In this document: one piece after another, positions 48,251 to 57,885 of the stretch
Position numbering within the stretch: the stretch's first letter is position 1
How the letters are laid out: the number at the start of each line of letters is the position of its first letter
Virus record (IMG/VR): IMGVR_UViG_3300017832_000040
Coordinates: 2,447 to 66,446 of that record
DNA: 64,000 bases
Source of the DNA: a virus
Direction: 5' to 3' (one strand)
The notes under the pieces: model-generated
What the model was told of the DNA's origin: nothing
The model's database searches: none
The model's input: only the letters and a program-made list of their open reading frames with translations
Position numbers and translations under genes: made by a program

Positions 48251-51200
48251 TACAGATACCTCCTCGCAGCTCTCCTGAGCGCCAGGCTGGTGCTCGCGTT
48301 GAGCTGGTTCTGCGTCTTGCGGAAGCTGTCTGCGTCAGGGGTCGTGATGTTCCAGACCACGCTGATCGGACGCTCCCCTGAAACTCCGTGGAAGGTCCGT
48401 ACATCACGCGACTGCCGCTTGGTGTCGGCAATCCGGCTCTGCTCGACTTCCTCGGTAAGAGCGGTGATGAGGCGCAACGTGCGCTTGTTGTCATTCGCGG
48501 TCAGCACGCGCTCGCCACGCTGCAGGATCGCCGGGTACTCGTCGGGCCGGAAAAAGCCGCTGTGGAACCGGGGAGCTCCTGCGTAGGCAATGGCCGGTAC
48601 GCGGCGGGTCGGATTGCGGGTTTTTCCCACGACACCACCGGTATGGAACATCATGCCGAACATGTTCCCGAACATGCCGCCAAAGCCGCCAAAGCCTCCG
48701 CCCATGCCCATCATCAGCTGCTGCACGAACTGCATGATCGCGTTGCCAAATCCTCCGAGGCCGGAGGTGGCTTGGCTGAGAGGCCCAAGCAGTCCGGTGA
48801 TGCCGGCTCCGAGACCGCCCATGCCGGGGGCAGCCATCTGGGCCTGCTGACCGGCCATGGCCGCCTGTTGCCCCGCCTGCTGGATCGACATACCCGCTTG
48901 CTGGAATTGCGGGGCGGCCGTCTGAGCCTGCGTTCCTGCCATTTGCATCTGCATACCGGCCTGCTGAGTGGACATCGCACTCTGCTGGCTCGACATGCTG
49001 AGCTGATCCTTGGCAGCCTTCTCCTGCTGGGTGCTGATGACCGACTGCTGAGACGACATCTTCTCGGCCTGAGCCGCCTGCTCTGTCGCTGTCTTCGCCT
49101 GGTTCAGCGACTGGCTGGCGTTCACACCGGCCTGGTTCAGCTCATTGAGCTTCTGGGTAGCCTGGTCGATGCCTTGCGTGCTCTGGCTTTGCCGCCAGGT
49201 GTTCACAATGGCCATACCCTCATCGGCTTCCTTGTGCGGGTTGACCTCGCCATGGCCGTAGACGCGGTTGCCGATGGTCGGGTACTTCGCCCGCATATGC
49301 TCGATCCAGTCCTGGGCCGCCTGGATCTGAGCCGGGGTGAGGTCCTTGTTGTTCCGGGCGATGACCTCAAGACCGATCGTGTTCGCGTTCGACAGACCCT
49401 CACCGATCCCTTGCCCCGGACGCATGTGGGCGAGCCGCGCTCCATCCGGTGCGAGCTGGTAGATGTTGCCCTGGCGATCGAGGACGTAGTGAACGCCAAA
49501 GCCGCGCTGGTTGAGCACATCGATGACGTGCTGAGCGTCCCCACGGCCGGCCGTGTGATGGATGATGAGACCTTCGGTAGCCTCGCGCAGCCGACCATCC
49601 CAGTTGAGCCCTTCGAGCTTCTGGATAGCCAGCGGCAACTTCTCCGTGACGACCTTGTTGAAGACCTGGCTGGTCGACGACATCAGATGCTCGGTCGTCG
49701 CAGCAAACGTGTCTTCGACCGATCCGGCCCAAGCCTTGGCCGCCGCCTGCACCTGGTCAGCCGTGATAGACATGACCTGGTTCGTGGCGGATGACATAGA
49801 CTGAATGAAGCCTTGGCTCCACACCTCGGCCGCCTTCGCAACGGACTCGACGCTGAGCTGGGTCGCTTCCTGCAGGGCCGACTGAACGCTCGCACTCCAT
49901 GTCTTCGCGGCCTGCTCGACCATCTCGGCACTGAGCTGGCTCGTGGTCTGCACGACGCTCTCAATCGGCGCGGCCATGGCGCGCTCGACCGAGCTGGTAA
50001 GACCCGGCACCGAGAAGTTGTCGTTGGCCGCGCCCCCGAGGCCGGGGATGTTCCCGACGCCACCGGTTCCAAGCGGAGTGCCGTTCACATGGACGGTGCC
50101 GGCGTTGACGATCGCCTGGGGTGCGTTGATGCCTGCGGTTCCCAGTTTCTCGATACGGTCAAGGGCCTGGTTCGCACGCTGAATGGCCGCCTGCCTCGGG
50201 TCGGGCATGACGGCGGAGAAAATGTCCTTCAGGATGTGCTGGATAGCCAGCCGGACCATCGCCTTCCCGAGGTTGGCGGCCCACTGGCGCATCGAGTTGC
50301 CGGTGCCTGTGAACAGGTCCGTGAGAGCGTCGGCCAGGCTGCTGATGGCATCCTCTTCGAGACGGCGAAGACCGTCCTCGAAGGTGCCCAGGCTGTCCAT
50401 CCAGTGCTGGATACCGGCCTTGGACTGAGCATTCACCTCAGCCATGGCCTCAGCGTACTGACGGACCGCCCTTTCGAGGTCATACGTGATCGTGACGCCC
50501 CGCTCCTTGAGGCGATTGATCTCCTCCTGGACAGTGCGCTCGACCTCAAGCTCCTTACCGACCAGGCCGACGAGATTGAGCTCCTGACGCAGGTCGCGGA
50601 CGCGAGCCGCAACCGGGTTGCGTTGCTCCAGCGTCTGGTACTTGAGCTGTTCCAGGAGCTGATTGTAGCGGGCCGCGTCGATCGAGCCGTCACGGAGAGC
50701 ACGGTTGAGTGTACGAACGTCCTCTTCAAACTTGCGGACGGCGGCACTGATCGGGTCGAGCCGGTTTTCGAGATCCCGGAAGAGCTCGATTTGCCGCGTC
50801 TTTGCGATGATCTGCTCGATTTCTGCCTTGCGCTCACGTGTGAGAGCACCGATCTCGCGCTCGGTATCCTCGATCTTGCGGAGGATTTCGAGCTCGACCT
50901 TGCGCTCGACCGTGAGGGCCTGTGCGTCCTCCAACGCCCGGCGCAGCTCGCGCACCATGCCGTCGTAGGCTTTCGTCTTCTCGATTTCCTTGAGCGTGCG
51001 GAGGCGGTCGCGGATCGCTTTCGACTGATCCCAAGTGAGCTTGCCGTGTTCCTCCTCGATCTCACGGATACGCTCCATGATCTCGAATTGGTTCTGCAGC
51101 TCCTTGGTGATCCGGCGCTCGCCATCGATTTCGCGCTCAATGTTCTCGATCTCGACCTTGATCGGATCGAGCTCCTTCTCGGCCTTCCTGATAAGGGCTT

Positions 51201-53169
51201 GGAGCTTGCGGATGTCTTCGGGCAGGTAGCCGGCGTGGATGCGCGCCTCGACATCAAGCGAAAGCAACTCCTTAAGGGAGTCCTTCTGGACCTTGAGCTG
51301 CCGGCGCATCTCCTCGGGGTAGTAGAGTTCGCGCAAGGCGTCGGCCGCGTTGCTGCTCAGCCCTTTGCCAACCCTGAGATTTTGCAGCTCGGGAATTATG
51401 CCGTAGCCACCCGTTTTCCCGAGCTTCGCGCGCTCCGCAGCCTGCTTGGCCGCCTCGTCCTCCCACTCGTCGACCGGGTCCTTCTTGAGCCATTCCTTGA
51501 AGTCGGACCAGAGGTCCTTGATGAAATCAATTGCACTGCTGAAGGCCGACACGATCGAGTTCCAGATCGACTTCCCGATGTCGGACCAGCTCATCGAGAA
51601 GAACGCTTTGACTTTATCCCAATTGGCGATGATGAGACCGGCCGCCGCGACCACGCCGGCAACGATAAGACCCGGCCAGCCGAGGAACCCAGCCATAGCG
51701 AGGCTGACCCCCGCAATGGCGGCGCGCACAGCTGCAAATACGGCGGTCAGGCGGGTGAAGGCGAAGAGCGCCTTGAACGCGACCCCGGCAATCGAGATGA
51801 TCTTCTTGAAAACAGCAACGATCGCGGCCAGCGGTCCGGTAATATTCAGGATTTTGAAGACGGTCCCGAGAGCCGCAAAAGCCGCCCATGCCGCCCAGAC
51901 ACTGGGAGCCAGGGTGACGAAGGTGGCGATGGCCATCTGCACGGTCCAGTGCAGCTCCTGAAAGGCTTTGATGGCGAAGTTGATAGTTTCACGGAGCACC
52001 GCGATGCCGGTATTGAGAATGGGGCCGAACGCCATCCCGAGCTCTTTGCCGAGGATGGTCGCACTGGAGATGAGCCCCTGCCACTGAGCCCACAGGGCCT
52101 CCATGGCCATCTTGTATTCTCTGCTTCGCGCGGTGCCCTGTTCTTGCTCCCTATATGCCTCGACCAGTTTCTGGCGGAACAGATCAAGGTTGCTCGCCGC
52201 AGCGCCGAGGATGGACAACATCTCGACGCCACGGATGTTAAAGGACTCAAGGAAGGTGGTCAGAGACTGGCCGTTCTCACGCATTTCCTTGAGGACCTGG
52301 AGGAACACGAGCATCGCGTTCTCCGGTCGCGTCTCCAGCATCTTCAGGAACTCTTCACGCGTGACACCCGTCGCCTTGGTCAACCGATACATACCTTCGC
52401 TAGCATTGAGCGCGGCGTCGTTGAGTTCCTTGAACAGACGGCCCATACCCGTACCGAAGAGCTCGGGCCGGAAGTCGAGCTGGGCGGCGGCAGCCGACAT
52501 ACCGAGGATGGCCGTCGAGGTGAGCTTGAACTGGGCACTCGCCTGCCCGATACGGGCGGCCATCTTCAGGATTTCGCGCTCGGTTGCGGCGGTCGTGTTA
52601 CCGAGGTGGACCAGAACGTTGGTGAACCGATCGGCATTCTGGATGCCTTCTCGGGTGATGGTCAGCAGGCGGGCGATGCGCTTGGCACCTTCCTCGCCCA
52701 CGACGTCGGTCGTGACACCCAACTCACCAACGATGCGCGTGAGGTTCTTGATGTTCTCGACCCCGGTGATGCCGAGCTGACCGGCAGCGGCGGCGATGTC
52801 GAGCATGGACTTCACGTCGACGCCGCTCATGCTCATCATCATCCGGTCGAACTCTTCCGAAAAGCGCGCCATCTCGCGCTCGGTCATGTTCGTCGTCTTG
52901 CGAATCATGACCATGCCCTGTTCGTACTCAGCGAACGAACCGATGGTGCTTTTCAGAACTCGACTGGAAGCAAAGGCACCGGCAAGCGCAGCCCCGGCCT
53001 GGCGTGCAGCCTTGGCGAGGCGGTCCATTGAGTCCCCGGCCTTTTTGGCTTCGTCCGAGAACTTCTTTGCTTGCTTGCCGGCGTCTTGCAGACCGATCCC
53101 GTGACGACGCAGGATTTTGGTCGCCTCGTCGCGCATACGCAGGATGAACTGGATCTCTTCCGGTTTCAT
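48250..53169 (-). CDS. tape measure protein with internal amidase_2-like domain
   Basis: TP901-type core (AAAAGQLGI...LGNTTAATE); IIHHTAG...HY...IGLE...GH. Confidence 0.92.
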   Translation of the reverse strand: MKPEEIQFILRMRDEATKILRRHGIGLQDAGKQAKKFSDEAKKAGDSMDRLAKAARQAGAALAGAFASSRVLKSTIGSFAEYEQGMVMIRKTTNMTEREMARFSEEFDRMMMSMSGVDVKSMLDIAAAAGQLGITGVENIKNLTRIVGELGVTTDVVGEEGAKRIARLLTITREGIQNADRFTNVLVHLGNTTAATEREILKMAARIGQASAQFKLTSTAILGMSAAAAQLDFRPELFGTGMGRLFKELNDAALNASEGMYRLTKATGVTREEFLKMLETRPENAMLVFLQVLKEMRENGQSLTTFLESFNIRGVEMLSILGAAASNLDLFRQKLVEAYREQEQGTARSREYKMAMEALWAQWQGLISSATILGKELGMAFGPILNTGIAVLRETINFAIKAFQELHWTVQMAIATFVTLAPSVWAAWAAFAALGTVFKILNITGPLAAIVAVFKKIISIAGVAFKALFAFTRLTAVFAAVRAAIAGVSLAMAGFLGWPGLIVAGVVAAAGLIIANWDKVKAFFSMSWSDIGKSIWNSIVSAFSSAIDFIKDLWSDFKEWLKKDPVDEWEDEAAKQAAERAKLGKTGGYGIIPELQNLRVGKGLSSNAADALRELYYPEEMRRQLKVQKDSLKELLSLDVEARIHAGYLPEDIRKLQALIRKAEKELDPIKVEIENIEREIDGERRITKELQNQFEIMERIREIEEEHGKLTWDQSKAIRDRLRTLKEIEKTKAYDGMVRELRRALEDAQALTVERKVELEILRKIEDTEREIGALTRERKAEIEQIIAKTRQIELFRDLENRLDPISAAVRKFEEDVRTLNRALRDGSIDAARYNQLLEQLKYQTLEQRNPVAARVRDLRQELNLVGLVGKELEVERTVQEEINRLKERGVTITYDLERAVRQYAEAMAEVNAQSKAGIQHWMDSLGTFEDGLRRLEEDAISSLADALTDLFTGTGNSMRQWAANLGKAMVRLAIQHILKDIFSAVMPDPRQAAIQRANQALDRIEKLGTAGINAPQAIVNAGTVHVNGTPLGTGGVGNIPGLGGAANDNFSVPGLTSSVERAMAAPIESVVQTTSQLSAEMVEQAAKTWSASVQSALQEATQLSVESVAKAAEVWSQGFIQSMSSATNQVMSITADQVQAAAKAWAGSVEDTFAATTEHLMSSTSQVFNKVVTEKLPLAIQKLEGLNWDGRLREATEGLIIHHTAGRGDAQHVIDVLNQRGFGVHYVLDRQGNIYQLAPDGARLAHMRPGQGIGEGLSNANTIGLEVIARNNKDLTPAQIQAAQDWIEHMRAKYPTIGNRVYGHGEVNPHKEADEGMAIVNTWRQSQSTQGIDQATQKLNELNQAGVNASQSLNQAKTATEQAAQAEKMSSQQSVISTQQEKAAKDQLSMSSQQSAMSTQQAGMQMQMAGTQAQTAAPQFQQAGMSIQQAGQQAAMAGQQAQMAAPGMGGLGAGITGLLGPLSQATSGLGGFGNAIMQFVQQLMMGMGGGFGGFGGMFGNMFGMMFHTGGVVGKTRNPTRRVPAIAYAGAPRFHSGFFRPDEYPAILQRGERVLTANDNKRTLRLITALTEEVEQSRIADTKRQSRDVRTFHGVSGERPISVVWNITTPDADSFRKTQNQLNASTSLALRRAARRYL

Positions 53170-53579
53170 CTCGGTGCCCTTGGTTGACGAGGTGGTGGTG
53201 CCGCCCTGGCGTCTCGGTTTCGTCTTCTCCGCTCCCGATTGGCCTCCTCCCGATCAACTTGGTCGTTGGCGTCGTCGAGGATGCGGAAGATTTCGATGAG
53301 CTTGTTCGACTGGTCGATGATCGCCCCTGCTTCCGGCAGGAAACCCTTCCGATACATCCCGTAGAACTTGAGGATTTTGGCCCAGTAGAACGGGTCGTGT
53401 CGGATGGACTGACGTGGGCACGCCCACGTTTCCTGCCCTAGTACCGTGAGCGGAAGTCGAGCTGGGTTGAGCCAGCGTTCTTCTTCCGTGCCGTCCTCTT
53501 TCAGGACCCTGTAAGGGCGAGCGAAACAGCCCCATTCATTCTGCCGTTTGCAGCCCTCACAGGTCCGCTCGGGCATCAA
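53166..53579 (-). CDS. tail assembly chaperone, frameshifted C-terminal part
   Basis: Reached by a -1 shift from the upstream gene. Confidence 0.75.
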   Translation of the reverse strand: MMPERTCEGCKRQNEWGCFARPYRVLKEDGTEEERWLNPARLPLTVLGQETWACPRQSIRHDPFYWAKILKFYGMYRKGFLPEAGAIIDQSNKLIEIFRILDDANDQVDREEANRERRRRNRDARAAPPPRQPRAPR

Positions 53580-54091
53580 CCGGATTGCGGCGACGCCCGT
53601 ACGGAGTTTTTTTCCTCTTCCGGGCTGACTTCGCTGATCGACTTGATCTTGTCAGCGAGCTCGGCAATCAGCCGGACACCGAACATGTTCATGATGTCGT
53701 CGGCCACGACCTGGTACTCGCGACCATTCACGACGGCCTTCTGCGTGCGGTAGCGGACCTGATTGCCGTGCCTGTCGCAGAAGTTCTTAAAGCCGGCGAG
53801 GCCGTGCCTTACCGCGTCGATGTTGGTCTGATTGATCCGGGTGTGAATGCCGACCATGTCATCGCCCTGCTTTCCGCTGAGCGTCGACGCATTGTCGTAG
53901 ATGTACCCCATCAGGAACACGTCGAGCGGGCGCAGGAGGAATACGGTAGCGCCCTCCTCGATCACCTCCCGGACTTCCTCGCCCTTCGACGGGTCATTCG
54001 GGTCGATCGGAACGGGCTTCTTGACCTTTGCGGGATCGAGGTCAGAAACGTATTCAACCGTGTCGGACACGGCGAGAGCTCTCAGTGCCAT
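53576..54091 (-). CDS. tail assembly chaperone
   Basis: ATG 54091 after GGAGG; ends ...EEKN with slippery A AAA AAC. Confidence 0.8.
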   Translation of the reverse strand: MALRALAVSDTVEYVSDLDPAKVKKPVPIDPNDPSKGEEVREVIEEGATVFLLRPLDVFLMGYIYDNASTLSGKQGDDMVGIHTRINQTNIDAVRHGLAGFKNFCDRHGNQVRYRTQKAVVNGREYQVVADDIMNMFGVRLIAELADKIKSISEVSPEEEKNSVRASPQSG

Positions 54092-54159
54092 AATCTGCCT
54101 CCAGGCTGCATGGCGGTTTTCGACGGCCATCAGAGTACGCAACCGGAAGCAATTTGCAA

Positions 54160-54384
54160 TTAATTGCACTGTGGGTGGATTGAGACGTGTTCCGGCCCGT
54201 TCAAGTACGGCGTCTTGTCGGCAATGATGCAGGTCACCTTGGCCGGAGCGTTGGCTTTCGCGATCTCGTGCGCAGCTTGGCGGGTGAGCTTGGCTGCGAG
54301 GACTTCGCCATAGAGCCGGCCCTGGCGGTCGGCCTTCTGCACGATATAGACCTTCACGCGGAATTTGCTTTCAGGCTCGGACAT
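54160..54384 (-). CDS. small hypothetical protein between two palindromes
   Basis: Stop inside palindrome 54155; palindrome 54411 upstream. Confidence 0.55.
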   Translation of the reverse strand: MSEPESKFRVKVYIVQKADRQGRLYGEVLAAKLTRQAAHEIAKANAPAKVTCIIADKTPYLNGPEHVSIHPQCN

Positions 54385-54457
54385 GGGAACACCACCGGCT
54401 GACTTCTAGGTGCAATTGATTGCACGAGTGCAGCCGGCGGTGAAGCGGGGCGGGCCA

Positions 54458-54799
54458 TTAACTGAACCGCCACTCTACGAGCTTGCAGTTTTCGTTGTTG
54501 ATGACACCGTAGGCGTAGGAGACGTTCATGCCACCAAAGCCGTTCCTGGCCCGGTACTCCATGCGGATCTTGTTCTTCCCGTTCTCCACCGGAGAGCTGC
54601 GGGTCTCGATGTGCTGGAAGCTGTCGGGGTCGCGAAGGTTCTTCTTCACGATATGCACCAGACCGGGGTGAGAGCCGTCCCATTGCGACATGCAGTGGAA
54701 GCCATACTTCTTGTTCTCGGCCTTCTCTTCCTCGCTGGGCTGCCCCATGATCGCTGCTATTGCAACAAACGCGACTAAACCAATGGTCCACTTACTCAT
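54458..54799 (-). CDS. membrane-anchored protein (moron-like)
   Basis: N-terminal TM; LRDPDSFQH...YRARNGFGG. Confidence 0.75.
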   Translation of the reverse strand: MSKWTIGLVAFVAIAAIMGQPSEEEKAENKKYGFHCMSQWDGSHPGLVHIVKKNLRDPDSFQHIETRSSPVENGKNKIRMEYRARNGFGGMNVSYAYGVINNENCKLVEWRFS

Positions 54800-54825
54800 C
54801 AGTCTACCTCCGAACGCCCCGGAAA

Positions 54826-55398
54826 CTACCGGCCTACCCTCAACGGCTGGTTAACAGAGCGCGCTGCCGCGCGAGCCATGGCCATCAGGGCGGAAGACCG
54901 GTTATCGAGTCCACGTAGGTTCTTCTTTGCCCCAAACTGCACCAGAATGGCGTCGAGCTCTTCGATTTCATCCGTCGACAGATGGAACGTGAGGCTCTTG
55001 ATCTTGACGACCACGCTATGCTCGACGCGCATACGCAGGGAGCGAATGTCGGTGCTGCGCGCGAGCTCAATCCAGTAGCGATCGAAACTGCGCCCGAGCT
55101 TCGGGGCGATCACCATGAGCTTGTTCCAACCGACCTCGCGAATGGTCCGCAGGTTGAGCGTTTTGCGCTGGCGGGCCTCGTGAATGGAGATCAGGGCCTC
55201 GGCCTGTTTCGGCTCAAATTGCGTTTTGCGAAGGATATAGCGGAAGCTGCAAGGTGCTTTCTCGCAGGCCCACCGTAGCCTTTTCAGAATACGCCCGTAG
55301 GCGAGACGGGCTTCATCGGTCTGACTGCCCCGCCATTTCCAGAGTTCATTTTTGCACCGGTCGATTTCCCGGAAGTAATGAGCGTTTTTCTTTTTCAT
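54826..55398 (-). CDS. putative DNA-binding protein, GWxKL family paralog 3
   Basis: YGRILKRL...VGWNKLMVIA...LTFHLS...FGAKKNLRGLDNRSSALM. Confidence 0.6.
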   Translation of the reverse strand: MKKKNAHYFREIDRCKNELWKWRGSQTDEARLAYGRILKRLRWACEKAPCSFRYILRKTQFEPKQAEALISIHEARQRKTLNLRTIREVGWNKLMVIAPKLGRSFDRYWIELARSTDIRSLRMRVEHSVVVKIKSLTFHLSTDEIEELDAILVQFGAKKNLRGLDNRSSALMAMARAAARSVNQPLRVGR

Positions 55399-55459
55399 CC
55401 CGACCCCTCCAAAGTATTGAATTACAACGACAATACTTTTGGAGGGCCGTTTAGAAGGC

Positions 55460-55486
55460 AAAAGAAAAGCGGTCCCGAAGGACCGC
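55460..55486 (-). terminator. rho-independent terminator after the tail tube gene
   Basis: GCGGTCC-TTCG-GGACCGC then TTTTCTTTT. Confidence 0.9.
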
Positions 55487-55515
55487 CCGTTTCGACGTGA
55501 GCTTTGCTCGAAACT

Positions 55516-57111
55516 TCAACAGAAGAAGAAGCAGATCTCGTCGTCTGTGTCGTAGGCCGGGAAGCGCAGCCCCGCATCGTAGGCGAGAATGCCGTCCCGA
55601 TCCTGATAGGTGAGCCCGGTGTACTGGACACCTGGCGCGATCATCCAGACCGTGTTGCCTTGCTCGTAGCCAACGCGCATCTGGAAAGGCATCCGCTCAG
55701 CCGTCGCCAGCTGGTTCCAGAAGTCGTTGTTCGCGACCAGATCCGCTTCGGGATTGATCCCGCCTTCGGGCGCGCGGGAGACGATCCGAATGCCGATGTA
55801 GCCCTCATCCGAGGACACGTCGGGACGCGGCTGGATGTCGTTGGCCTGGTCGAAGGTGAACTCCTCGACGACCGCATGGAAGCCGCCCACACGGAGACGC
55901 GCCAGCTCGACTTGCGAGGGCATGGTCCGCTCGTAGTTGGGCATGGGCATCGGCTCGTCGACGGGCTGCTGCCAGAGACCCGTGAAGGTCCACTGGATGG
56001 TAGCGAAGTCGCCGGCCGTGGCCGTGATCTCGAAGGTCCCGAATGCACCAGGCATGACGTGCTTGACGCCATCCTTGTACATGACGAGCGTAAGGCTCTC
56101 GAAGTTGTCCGAGATCGGGTTGAGCGCGAGACCCTTCGGCATGAGCCAGAGGACCCACTTCTGTCCCTCCTCCAGATCGCCCGTGAAGGTCGGTGTGAGA
56201 ACCAGGCCGTGAGTGCCGACGTTGAGCGGGCTGCCCGAGGTGAGCGTGTGGCCGGTCGTGGCATCCGCACCACCCGAGAGGGTCGCGCCCGAGACCGTGC
56301 CATTGCTGTCGGCGTGAACCGCGAGGGTGAAGCTGTTACCAGCCGCGCCTGGCGTGTCGTACTCAATAAGGAGGGTGTCGCCACCGCTGGCCGAGTAGGT
56401 GCACTTCGAGATTTCGGCGTCTGCCGAGCCGTTCAGGAAGTCCACCAGGTTGGCGAGCGTTTCAGCGAGATCCTGTCCGATTTCGACCTCATTCGACCCC
56501 GGAGTCGACGAAACGAAGGTCACCGTCGATCCGTTGAGAGTGATGGTCGAGGACGGGTCAGGCTGGCTTGAGAACTCGATCGAGCCGGTCGCCTTGACGG
56601 CCGCGCTGGCCCCCGAGCTTTCTCCCTCGACATCCGAGTTGATGACGACCTGGGCGACACCCGAACCGCCACCGGTTACCACTTCGATGAAGTAGCAGAT
56701 GACGTCCGTGTTGTCGGCCAGAGTGACGTCCCCGTTCCAGCTCACCCGGCTCTTGTGAGCCCCGACCTCGAAAACACCCTTCAGCCAGGGATTGGTCTGC
56801 GACTTGAGTTCATAGCCGCAGGCCCGGAACAGCCGCGCGATGATGGGCGCATCCGCGAGCTGGCCGGAGTGCTGCTTGCCATTGCCTCGGAGCTCGGTCG
56901 TGAACTCCATGCTGGCGAGCTTGCGCCCGATGATGTGCGGCGTCTGCGAGAGGCTGTCTCGCGTATAGTTCCGCTCAAGGACGTTCGGGTCGATCGTATA
57001 GGTCGGCTCCGAGACCAGAACACCGTCATTGACGGTCATGGTCTTCGGCGTGCCATACGTGTCCTCGATGGCTGCTTGGACGACAGCCCGACGAGTCAGC
57101 AACACGCTCAT
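55516..57111 (-). CDS. major tail tube protein with inserted Ig-like domain
   Basis: AAIEDTYGTP...LFRACG...WTFTG...YQDRDGILAY; position in the module. Confidence 0.8.
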   Translation of the reverse strand: MSVLLTRRAVVQAAIEDTYGTPKTMTVNDGVLVSEPTYTIDPNVLERNYTRDSLSQTPHIIGRKLASMEFTTELRGNGKQHSGQLADAPIIARLFRACGYELKSQTNPWLKGVFEVGAHKSRVSWNGDVTLADNTDVICYFIEVVTGGGSGVAQVVINSDVEGESSGASAAVKATGSIEFSSQPDPSSTITLNGSTVTFVSSTPGSNEVEIGQDLAETLANLVDFLNGSADAEISKCTYSASGGDTLLIEYDTPGAAGNSFTLAVHADSNGTVSGATLSGGADATTGHTLTSGSPLNVGTHGLVLTPTFTGDLEEGQKWVLWLMPKGLALNPISDNFESLTLVMYKDGVKHVMPGAFGTFEITATAGDFATIQWTFTGLWQQPVDEPMPMPNYERTMPSQVELARLRVGGFHAVVEEFTFDQANDIQPRPDVSSDEGYIGIRIVSRAPEGGINPEADLVANNDFWNQLATAERMPFQMRVGYEQGNTVWMIAPGVQYTGLTYQDRDGILAYDAGLRFPAYDTDDEICFFFC

Positions 57112-57144
57112 GGTGATCTCCTTCTGCGATCAGGCTGCCGAAAC

Positions 57145-57885
57145 TTAGGAAGCCACCACTTCGATGGTGGGCGTTCCTGACGTGACCTTGTTGAGGGTCG
57201 CCGTCAGCTCCTTCACCGCATCGGCAAGGTGAGTCATCATCGCCTCGGCGTCGTCCACCGACACAGCGGCGTTGTCGTCGGTGTTGTCTGCCCCGCTCAC
57301 CGCATCGCCCGTGCCGGTGTCGATCGCCACGAACTCGGTCGAGACGGACGGCACCACGCCAGCCGGCAGCTCGATCTCATCTTCACCGACTGCCTTGGCA
57401 GCCAGGTTCACGAAGTAAGCGGCCTGGTAGATGGCACCCATCAGCGCGGCGTAAACCGCCCTAGCCCCCACGGCGGAAGCAAGCGAGCTCCCCGTACCCG
57501 AGAAGGACTTCGTGATGGCACTCACAGTACCGTCAGCCACCGTCCCACCGGTCCGGTCGTTGAGCTCGTCAAACGCCGGCACGACCTCGCGGACGTTATT
57601 GAGTTGTTCGATGACCTCGGAAAGCGCGTCGACGACTTTGTCGAAAGCACTCTCAAGCGCCTCTTTGGCTACGGAATCATCATTGTCCAAAACGTGATTG
57701 TCGATCTCGACCGGGGCCTCGATCTTGCCGTCGGCAGTCCCGCCGCCATTGTCGGTGAGATTGGTAACCGTCGCAGCCGCGATCACCGCCTGGTTCTGCG
57801 CGAGGGACATCAGGATCTTCGCCAGCGTGCCGTCGTAAACCTTGCCGGCACCGGAAAACATTTTCTTGTGCAGATTGATAGCCAT
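57145..57885 (-). CDS. virion structural protein (putative decoration)
   Basis: Internal repeat LTDNGGGTADG / LNDRTGGTVADG. Confidence 0.6.
   Translation of the reverse strand: MAINLHKKMFSGAGKVYDGTLAKILMSLAQNQAVIAAATVTNLTDNGGGTADGKIEAPVEIDNHVLDNDDSVAKEALESAFDKVVDALSEVIEQLNNVREVVPAFDELNDRTGGTVADGTVSAITKSFSGTGSSLASAVGARAVYAALMGAIYQAAYFVNLAAKAVGEDEIELPAGVVPSVSTEFVAIDTGTGDAVSGADNTDDNAAVSVDDAEAMMTHLADAVKELTATLNKVTSGTPTIEVVAS

Noticed and set aside
49813..53031. Long plus-strand ORFs (also 20481-21635, 28384-29709, 48388-49794)
   Set aside because: Antisense shadows of GC3-rich minus-strand genes; no motifs or SD.
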